Origin: a virus
Lineage: Duplodnaviria; Caudoviricetes
Length of the DNA: 64,000 nucleotides
Direction: 5' to 3' (one strand)
Virus record (IMG/VR): IMGVR_UViG_3300031992_000021
Coordinates: 64,001 to 128,000 of that record
Positions 57,156-64,000 of this stretch are shown in pieces; positions within the stretch are counted from its first letter, which is position 1, and the number at the start of each line of letters is the position of its first letter. Made by a program: the position numbers and the translations under genes. Below the pieces are notes generated by a model. That model saw only the letters and a list, made by a program, of their open reading frames with translations. It was not told the DNA's origin and made no database searches.

Positions 57156-58084
57156 CTGAACGCCTCCATGCCAGGAGTGAAGCCTCCACCGATGTATGTC
57201 TGGACAGGGTTCTGCGAAGGCTCCATCGCCTTTACCGCGTCATGCGCACTAGTCCAGAGATCACCATAGGAAATCCCTTTCTTGAAACCATTCAGGACGC
57301 AGATGGTGAGAAAACCTCCGCGACTGCCTCCGTAAGAATACTCGATCTCCTTGCACCCGCTCCAGCATAGCAGACGAGGGTTCTGCCCCCTCTCCCCGGA
57401 AAGGGCTCGGGCGACAATGTGCCTGTCCGGCCGGAACGTGAAGCCGGACGAACGCACCAGGTCTTCGGCCTCAACGAGAAGTCCCATGTTGTTGAATCCG
57501 AGGGCCTTTGCTCTTTCCTTAACGTCAACAACGACTTCCACATTCGGATTTACCGGCTTTCTGACAGTCCTGAACATTGTGGCCGAATGGCAGGCGTCGA
57601 AATACAGGAACACGCGCCCCTTGCACTTGCTTACGATACCCCATATCTCGTCGTCCAGCATGTGGGAGTCGTACAGGCACAGATACTCGTCCATCCTGTC
57701 GGCGCCGTCGGGCTCCTTGCCGCCGAGGTATTCCTGGCCGCCGTGTCCCGAATAGAAGAACAGAAACAGCCCGTCCTCACCGGTGCCATCGATGCCCTCC
57801 TTGAGCTTCGACACGACAGCGGCCTTCGTGGCCTGCTCGGATATGAGGGTATCTCCCTTGTACCCGAAGATCTGACTCATGAGAGCCGACAGATGCTTCG
57901 CGTCGATCTCGCATCCGGGACACTCCCCGAAACGCTGAGACTTCTCCATTCCTACGCAGAGGTAGGACACCTTCGACCCTCCGCCAGACGCGTCAGCCGG
58001 CCCGGTCGGCTGAGTGGTCTGCGTGACGTTCCCGGAGTTGAAGCACCCCGAAAGAACCGATGCTGCCAATATCAACGACTTCAT
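57152..58084 (-). CDS. Caspase-like (C14, metacaspase/orthocaspase) protease, predicted lipoprotein
   Basis: FFYSGHG and FDACHS catalytic dyad, EPDGADRMDEYLC; lipobox LSGC; AAAGGAG RBS. Confidence 0.88.
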   Translation of the reverse strand: MKSLILAASVLSGCFNSGNVTQTTQPTGPADASGGGSKVSYLCVGMEKSQRFGECPGCEIDAKHLSALMSQIFGYKGDTLISEQATKAAVVSKLKEGIDGTGEDGLFLFFYSGHGGQEYLGGKEPDGADRMDEYLCLYDSHMLDDEIWGIVSKCKGRVFLYFDACHSATMFRTVRKPVNPNVEVVVDVKERAKALGFNNMGLLVEAEDLVRSSGFTFRPDRHIVARALSGERGQNPRLLCWSGCKEIEYSYGGSRGGFLTICVLNGFKKGISYGDLWTSAHDAVKAMEPSQNPVQTYIGGGFTPGMEAFR

Positions 58085-58117
58085 TGTGATTCTCCTTTGT
58101 TTTGGATTTCCAAGCTG

Positions 58118-58384
58118 TCACTTGTGAGAGAACCTTCTCGGACCTCCCCACGTCGTAAGGTTACGAAGCTCCCACCGATTGCATCCGCCATCGGCGAAAA
58201 GGAGCTTCTCGCGCTCCTCGTATGAACACCTGTGTTCACAAGTTGTGCAGGACTTCCGCGGAGAGAACTTCTCGCACGCAAGGCCTTTTATCTCCGACAG
58301 AACGACCTTACCGTCGTCTGTTTTCGTCAAGCACAGCGATTTCCCGTCTCTGCGCCTGTAGCGTGTACACCATTGGCACGTCAT
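58118..58384 (-). CDS. Small Cys-rich protein (two CxxC..C..C units)
   Basis: CQWC..C..C and CTTC..C..C. Confidence 0.55.
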   Translation of the reverse strand: MTCQWCTRYRRRDGKSLCLTKTDDGKVVLSEIKGLACEKFSPRKSCTTCEHRCSYEEREKLLFADGGCNRWELRNLTTWGGPRRFSHK

Positions 58385-58425
58385 TTCAGCATTTTTCTCC
58401 TTGCCCTTAATGAGCTACAGGAAGA

Positions 58426-58454
58426 ATAATACAATATCTTGAACTTGCAGTCAA
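58426..58454 (-). promoter_or_regulatory. Sigma70-type promoter
   Basis: TTGACT-17-TATTAT; shares ATATTGTATTAT with the promoter at 31039. Confidence 0.7.
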
Positions 58455-58493
58455 GCACGCACGCCCCCGAAGACGTGCCAAGCCATGCGGAAA

Positions 58494-58811
58494 TCATGAC
58501 TTCGGTCTCTTCTTCCAAGAGGTCTTTCCGGGCTTCCAGAGCCTGCATATCTTGCCGTCCCTCTGGCAGTCAAGAGAACACTTCCCCTTTCTCGAAGGAG
58601 TGTTTCCGTCCGCAAAATACTCGCCCCTCTCCCAGTACCGGCAGTTGGAACACCGCTTCTTCATCCTGAAGTCGGGACAGATCTGCTTGTTGTAGGGACG
58701 CTCCTCCCCCGGCTTTCTCCTGTAGAACTTTACGTCGCTGTGGCCCGGATGTACGCACCGGCCGTACGGGCACCCTCCATACTGGAGATTCTCGCATCTA
58801 TGGCAATCCAT
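58494..58811 (-). CDS. Small Cys-rich protein (two CxxC units)
   Basis: CHRC..C..C..C and CSNC..C..C..C. Confidence 0.55.
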   Translation of the reverse strand: MDCHRCENLQYGGCPYGRCVHPGHSDVKFYRRKPGEERPYNKQICPDFRMKKRCSNCRYWERGEYFADGNTPSRKGKCSLDCQRDGKICRLWKPGKTSWKKRPKS

Positions 58812-58824
58812 ATCGAGCCCCCCC

Positions 58825-59082
58825 TTAGAATGTGCCCTTTATTCCGACAAACACGACTGGACGCGGTCTCTTCCCTCCAGTGTCAATCATCTTGACGGTA
58901 GCCCATGGACGCACCGTAAGCCCGACGTCCGCGCTTTTTCGCGGCGGACCGAAAGCCTCAAGCTCCTCTTTCGACAATGGCTTGTTCCGGCTCCATACGA
59001 TCATCTTGTCCAAGACCGACAAATCATCCCCTGAATCCTCCTGGGGCTGACTCTTCCTAAGCATGACATCATCTGCTTCCAC
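58825..59082 (-). CDS. Hypothetical protein
   Basis: AAGGAG RBS, GTG start. Confidence 0.5.
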   Translation of the reverse strand: MEADDVMLRKSQPQEDSGDDLSVLDKMIVWSRNKPLSKEELEAFGPPRKSADVGLTVRPWATVKMIDTGGKRPRPVVFVGIKGTF

Positions 59083-59094
59083 GAAAATCTCCTT

Positions 59095-60537
59095 TCACCA
59101 TTCGTTGTCAGAACCCCATTCGTCAGATTCGCCGTCGAACCTGTCCGCGCCGGCGAAACCATTGGGGTTGTACGAGAACGAAGATCCAGGCTCAGCTCCG
59201 TCATCTTCAATCTCGTCTTCGTCGTCTTCGTCGTCTACTCCCACAGACTCCCTCTCGAGGTCAAAGCGGTTTGCGTCGTCAACGCATTCCGCCCCTTCCG
59301 GACTGTATCGGTCAAGGGCGCTTGTGAACATGAGAGCCTCGACAGGGGTGAGAAGCCCGGCCTTGAGGTCTGCGCATATCTCCTCCGAAGATTCATACGG
59401 GACTATCTTCCCGTCTTCGATGTCGTCAAGTATCTGCTCGACCGTATTGTATTCGCGAGCCTTCCTTACGACATCAGACTTAGCCTTCTTAGTCTTGCGC
59501 CTCTTCGGACTCTGCTTGCCACCGCCTGAATGGTCATTTGTTTCAGTAACGGTTACTGTAACATTATCGCTATCTTGCGTACGCTCGGAAACGGCGACCT
59601 CTTTACCGTCTTTTTTGCAGATAGCAGTCTTTGACTCGCAACCCTCCAAAATGGGGGTATTGGAAATACCCTTGTCTGTGGACTGGCCCGAATCGGAACC
59701 ATCAATATCTTGGTTTACGGAAGCGTTGTTCTCCTGTCCAGGCCATACCAACGGGAGTTCAGGCTGCATCTCTCTCAGCCTTTTCTCCTCTTCTTCCTTC
59801 TTGCGCTTCTTCTCCTGCTCTGCCTTTGACATCCTTCTGGGAGACGGGTCAGGTATGCAGCCGGCGAGCTTTTCTGCCCTGTCTATGCACTGGTCCATTC
59901 CCTTTACGAACCAAGGTAGGAGCGGAGACTTCTCCTTGTGCAGGCAGTCACGTGCCTTTATGACGAGAAGGCGTATCTTGAACGCCCTCATGTCTCCGGT
60001 GTCTATGGCGTGCTCGAACTTCTCCCTTGCGTAGTTGGCCACGTAGTTTCCGAACAGACAGCGTATGATGGACTCCGCCATGTCTGCCACAGACTGCTCT
60101 GCCGCCGTGACTGGCTGTCTCTGGTACGGTATCTTCGCGCTGTTCGGAAGCCCGTGCTCCTCCCTGAACAGGCACTGGCGAACCCTGTCCCTCCGTATGC
60201 AGGCTCTCATCGCCGAGAACCATCTGGAGCACGCGTCGGAACATACGTCAAGGATTCGCCTGGCCGATTCTGCAAGCGCTTCGTCCGCCGCAGGATCTCC
60301 CTCGCATGTCACTGCGTGCTCTATCTTGAGCTCAGGGACGGCCGACATGGGCATCACCTGCATCCTCGTCTTCAAGATATCGATATCCGGACCGCCGTCA
60401 GGCTTTACGAACGATATCTGTGAGAACGACGCCCCAGAACCGAAATCCATGCCTATCTGGACTTCGGATACGGAGGGTTCGAGAGGAACAAGGCTAGACG
60501 GCCTTACTCCAGATATGATGACTGGAGCGGCCGGCAT
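59095..60537 (-). CDS. Hypothetical protein with acidic C-terminus
   Basis: 480-aa ORF, closely packed with its neighbours. Confidence 0.55.
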   Translation of the reverse strand: MPAAPVIISGVRPSSLVPLEPSVSEVQIGMDFGSGASFSQISFVKPDGGPDIDILKTRMQVMPMSAVPELKIEHAVTCEGDPAADEALAESARRILDVCSDACSRWFSAMRACIRRDRVRQCLFREEHGLPNSAKIPYQRQPVTAAEQSVADMAESIIRCLFGNYVANYAREKFEHAIDTGDMRAFKIRLLVIKARDCLHKEKSPLLPWFVKGMDQCIDRAEKLAGCIPDPSPRRMSKAEQEKKRKKEEEEKRLREMQPELPLVWPGQENNASVNQDIDGSDSGQSTDKGISNTPILEGCESKTAICKKDGKEVAVSERTQDSDNVTVTVTETNDHSGGGKQSPKRRKTKKAKSDVVRKAREYNTVEQILDDIEDGKIVPYESSEEICADLKAGLLTPVEALMFTSALDRYSPEGAECVDDANRFDLERESVGVDDEDDEDEIEDDGAEPGSSFSYNPNGFAGADRFDGESDEWGSDNEW

Positions 60538-60538
60538 C

Positions 60539-61633
60539 TCACTCGGCCCCTCCAGCCATTTCTCCTGCAGGTCCGGATTCGATTCCGGCCGCAGTGTCTA
60601 TCATGTCGGATTCAAGATCACGGATGAATCCCACGAACGACAGCCCGAACATGGGCAGGTCGAACCTCGTTCCGAGGAACGTTACCGGATCCTTCACATA
60701 GGCCTTCCCGTCCATGACGTACGACAGGAGGAGCTGAGCCCCAGGCTTAGGGGTTATCTTGGCGGAACCGATCTTGGACACCACAGTGATGCAGGGAGGC
60801 GCGTGGAACACGGTTATGGCGTCGAACGTCATCTGGGTGCCGCCAACGTCGAAAACAACCGGCAACTTCTGCGAAAGAAGATCCTTGAACTCGTCTTCAT
60901 CCACTCCGTCCGGAATCTCCTTTGGCGTGGATGCCGTGACGATCTCCGACACGCGCCCCTGAAGGTCCGACAATGTACGTTCGATCGCGTCGAACGACAC
61001 CCCGAGCCTCTTGAACAGATCCTCCTTGAACTCCTCAAGGGTTTCCGCTGCGACGTTTTTAGCGGGCTTGGCAGGCTTCGAGGGCTTGGCGGCATCCTGC
61101 TCCCCTCCGGCCGGTTCAGCCTGTTCGGAGCCTCCCCAGACCTTTCCGAGGACGGCCTTGTCCACGATGACGGTCTTGTCGCCGCTTTCGACCTTGGAGC
61201 CTTCAGGAGACCAGTTCCCCTCGTGATCCACCCGTCCGTTCTTCATGTCCTGGACCCTGCGTGCCGCCTCGGCCTCGCGGATGGCCTGCTCCTCGCCCTT
61301 GCTCTCGGCCTTTTTCGACGGGCTCCTGCGCACAGGCTGGACTTCAACGGATTCCTCGTCGTCGTCATCGACGAAATCGTCCTGACCGGACATCATCTCG
61401 GCCTTGCGCATCTCGAAGAGCTTCATGGCGTCCGCCGCGTCCACCGTCGTGGAGTCGCCGGTACGGTATCTCCGGCGTCCGACGTCCATGTCCTTCCTCT
61501 CCTGCGCGTCAGGAAGAGGCTTCCTGCCCTTGGCGCGGCGCTTGCGGTTCCTCTCTTCGAGCTCCGTCTGCTCCTTGCCGAGGCGTTCAGCCTCCGCCAT
61601 CATCTTCTCCATGCTGTTGTCGCTGCTTGTCAT
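60539..61633 (-). CDS. Hypothetical protein
   Basis: 364 aa; charged N-terminus and beta-rich C-terminus. Confidence 0.6.
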   Translation of the reverse strand: MTSSDNSMEKMMAEAERLGKEQTELEERNRKRRAKGRKPLPDAQERKDMDVGRRRYRTGDSTTVDAADAMKLFEMRKAEMMSGQDDFVDDDDEESVEVQPVRRSPSKKAESKGEEQAIREAEAARRVQDMKNGRVDHEGNWSPEGSKVESGDKTVIVDKAVLGKVWGGSEQAEPAGGEQDAAKPSKPAKPAKNVAAETLEEFKEDLFKRLGVSFDAIERTLSDLQGRVSEIVTASTPKEIPDGVDEDEFKDLLSQKLPVVFDVGGTQMTFDAITVFHAPPCITVVSKIGSAKITPKPGAQLLLSYVMDGKAYVKDPVTFLGTRFDLPMFGLSFVGFIRDLESDMIDTAAGIESGPAGEMAGGAE

Positions 61634-61656
61634 TTTACGCTCTTCCTCTTTTGCGA

Positions 61657-61741
61657 TGGTGGATGCGCCGGGGCTCGAACCCGGAACTGCCCTTCGGCAT
61701 GTAGCCTAGGGGCGCTACTATCCATATTGAGCTACGCATCC
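61657..61741 (-). ncRNA. tRNA-like RNA with non-canonical 8-nt anticodon loop
   Basis: GGATGCG/CGCATCC-A-CCA acceptor, canonical T arm, GTAGC/GCTAC stem with loop GCCCCTAG. Confidence 0.7.
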
Positions 61742-61755
61742 TGTTTCTACGTCTA

Positions 61756-61832
61756 TGGTGGACCCTGAGGGACTTGAACCCACGACCAGGCGATTATGAG
61801 TCGCCCGCTCTAACCGGCTGAGCTAAGGGTCC
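61756..61832 (-). tRNA. tRNA-Ile2(CAT)
   Basis: GGACCCTTAGCTCAG...GGCGACTCATAATCGCC closely resembles bacterial lysidine tRNA-Ile2. Confidence 0.85.
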
Positions 61833-61840
61833 TGGAAGAA

Positions 61841-62650
61841 TCACTTCTTCTTGCCCTTGGCGACAGCCTTCTTCTTGGGGCCGATCTGGGCGAGGTCGCC
61901 GGCCACCTCGGCCGCCTTCCTGTCCATCGCGCTTCCCTTTTCGGGCGCCTGGGGAACGGGCTCCTGAGCGTCTGCGCTCTTGGTGCCGTCGCCTTCAAGC
62001 CCGTGGGCCATGCTCACGGACACGGGCTCTGCGCCGATCTCGCCTGCATCACCACCGGCCGGCTCCGGATCCGCGGCTCCGTCCTTCTTGGCGTGGGCGC
62101 CGATCGGGTCGAGGATCTCCTCGGAGCTGGGCTTCTCCTTGTTCTCGCCGGCGGCGATTCTGGCGTTCTCCTCCATGAGCTTCTCGAATCCGCTCTTAAG
62201 CTTGGAGGCGTCCACCTTCTCGCCCTCGTTTTCGAGAGTAGCGGGTCCGACCGGTTTCCTGTCAGGATCGGTCTCGCCGTTGATCTCGGCCTCCCTGCGT
62301 GCCGCGTCGGCATTGGCCTTGCCCCTCTCGTCCATCTCGCGCTGCTGGGCCTCGCGGATGGCCTCGGAGTTGCGCTTCTCGCCGGTGGGATCCTCCCTGA
62401 CTTCCTTCGGAAGCGACGCGGGGTCGAATCCGCCGCCCTTGGCGTCAAGATCCATCAGCTTGGCGATGAGCTCGGCCTCCCTGGCGTTGAGCCTGATGCC
62501 GAGACTGCTACCGCACACCTTGACCACCTCCTCCAGCGCATCCTGAAGCCGGCGGCGCTTGAGACCTCCGTCAGGAGACACCTGGCCGGGAGCCAGGGAT
62601 CCAGAAAACGATGTGAACACTGTGCGCGTTGTTAGGTTTACGAATTGCAT
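61841..62650 (-). CDS. Hypothetical protein
   Basis: 269 aa, AAGGA RBS, biased codons. Confidence 0.6.
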   Translation of the reverse strand: MQFVNLTTRTVFTSFSGSLAPGQVSPDGGLKRRRLQDALEEVVKVCGSSLGIRLNAREAELIAKLMDLDAKGGGFDPASLPKEVREDPTGEKRNSEAIREAQQREMDERGKANADAARREAEINGETDPDRKPVGPATLENEGEKVDASKLKSGFEKLMEENARIAAGENKEKPSSEEILDPIGAHAKKDGAADPEPAGGDAGEIGAEPVSVSMAHGLEGDGTKSADAQEPVPQAPEKGSAMDRKAAEVAGDLAQIGPKKKAVAKGKKK

Positions 62651-62677
62651 TTTACTGTTCCTTTTTGTTGTTTTTGT

Positions 62678-63529
62678 TTACTTGCCATTGAAACCGGACG
62701 CCTCCAGGCTGTCCGCCAGCTGCTGCTGGGTCATCCTCGCCCCAAGGCGGGAACGACCTTCGTCCTTCATGGCCCTCATCGCATTGAGAGCGTGCATGAA
62801 GAAACCGTGAACCGTCTCCGGCATGAACACATCGTCGATTCCGGAGGCCTTTATCGACTGCATCCTCAGCGCCCTCCTGTCGGAAAGCGAAAGCAGCGGA
62901 CACGAGCCGACGTCGAAAAGGAGCGAAACCAAGGTATATGAAACCTCCGTCCGCTCCCTCTTGTTCATGCAGAACATGAACCTGCGCCTCATCGACTGGA
63001 CCGGCCACGACGAGAACCCATGCACGGAGAAGCACTCGTCGGTGGCCTTGTCGAGAATCGGCATGACCAGAGACTCCTCAAGCTCGCTTGCCGGGGTGTT
63101 GAGGAACCTCACGGCCGCGATTTCGTCGAGAAGATGCCTCATGGCCTGCCTTACGTCACGCTCCACGGACGGACTTGCGGCGTCGACGCACATGGAAGAG
63201 AGATCCCGCACAAGCTCGGCGGCCTTCTTGGCCCCCTCGGTGTCAAGCATCTCCCTGTCCCCGGCGTCTATGGCCCTTCCCACCGCCCTTGCGGCGAAAA
63301 CCGTCTGGGAATGCGGTATGCACCCCCTGTCGTAAAGCACGGCTATGGCGGACACGGAAGGAATCCACGTGAGCGGATCCTTGTGCGCCGCCACGCGCTC
63401 CTCGATCGGCCGGCTGCACTTGGCCCATGTCACGACGAAAGAGGACGAGTCCGGGTCGAACACGACCTGTGAGGCGTGTCTCTCGAATCTCGCCCTCTTG
63501 GCGGAACGGCTGGGCTTGGGCTTCACCAT
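62678..63529 (-). CDS. Hypothetical protein
   Basis: 283-aa ORF overlapping the upstream gene. Confidence 0.55.
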   Translation of the reverse strand: MVKPKPSRSAKRARFERHASQVVFDPDSSSFVVTWAKCSRPIEERVAAHKDPLTWIPSVSAIAVLYDRGCIPHSQTVFAARAVGRAIDAGDREMLDTEGAKKAAELVRDLSSMCVDAASPSVERDVRQAMRHLLDEIAAVRFLNTPASELEESLVMPILDKATDECFSVHGFSSWPVQSMRRRFMFCMNKRERTEVSYTLVSLLFDVGSCPLLSLSDRRALRMQSIKASGIDDVFMPETVHGFFMHALNAMRAMKDEGRSRLGARMTQQQLADSLEASGFNGK

Positions 63530-63984
63530 GTGAACGCGTACCCGATCCTGACGGGAACAAGCCTTACAGGCAAAACCCTTACCGGAACCTCGGACTCCTT
63601 GTCCTCCGACCTCGGAACCGACTTCTCTTTGCCGCAGCAGGAGCCGCCTCCGCAGGTGTTCCCGACCGAGCTGATAATAGACTGCAGCACGCCGAGGCCG
63701 TAGTTGTCCGCGCAGTACGACACAAACCCGAACAGCACCTTCCTGACCACGCCCTTTAGAAGCTCGTAGAGCCTCAGCTTCAGCGAATCGCCCCTCGGAA
63801 CGGACGACAGGTCGATGCCGTTCTGTTCTGCGATGAACTTCACCACGTCAAGGGGGTTCTTGCCTTCCTTGTCGCACTTTTCGATGAATCCGTCGATGTC
63901 CTCGTCCTTGATCTGCATCTCATCGGACAGACACACCCCCTCACCCTTTGGCGCATCCATGCCGGCGACAGCGCTCTTGGCCAC
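63523..63984 (-). CDS. Hypothetical protein
   Basis: GGAG RBS, GTG start, 153 aa. Confidence 0.55.
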   Translation of the reverse strand: MAKSAVAGMDAPKGEGVCLSDEMQIKDEDIDGFIEKCDKEGKNPLDVVKFIAEQNGIDLSSVPRGDSLKLRLYELLKGVVRKVLFGFVSYCADNYGLGVLQSIISSVGNTCGGGSCCGKEKSVPRSEDKESEVPVRVLPVRLVPVRIGYAFTW

Positions 63985-64000
63985 ACTCTCTCCCCATGCA

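Overview
The window is part of a large (probably jumbo) tailed phage genome, with essentially all real genes on the minus strand. In transcription order (right to left) it holds: unknown genes plus tRNA-Ile2 and an odd tRNA-like gene (64-58 kb); a lipoprotein metacaspase; a terminase large subunit; a 25-gene tRNA array behind a sigma70-type promoter and a structured leader; accessory genes (YiiX-type amidase, GT25-like protein, lipoprotein); and a head module. The head module has Gly/Ala-rich internal proteins, a single-chain beta/beta'-N RNA polymerase with an N-terminal InPase-like domain, an intein-containing prohead protease, scaffold, decoration and major capsid proteins, and neck genes. 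A contractile tail module follows (sheath, tube, spike, -1 frameshifted chaperone pair, tape measure, hub, baseplate) with a sigma-70 gene embedded in it. The most striking observations are: (1) a candidate attenuator upstream of the tRNA array (promoter, 46-codon leader with almost no repeated codons, antiterminator/terminator, boxA) that could switch on the array when host tRNAs are depleted; (2) the InPase-RNAP fusion, probably packaged in the virion; (3) a pervasive K-x-A motif in head proteins, probably the maturation cleavage site. All calls come from motif recognition and synteny by eye. No database search was run and the host cannot be determined.
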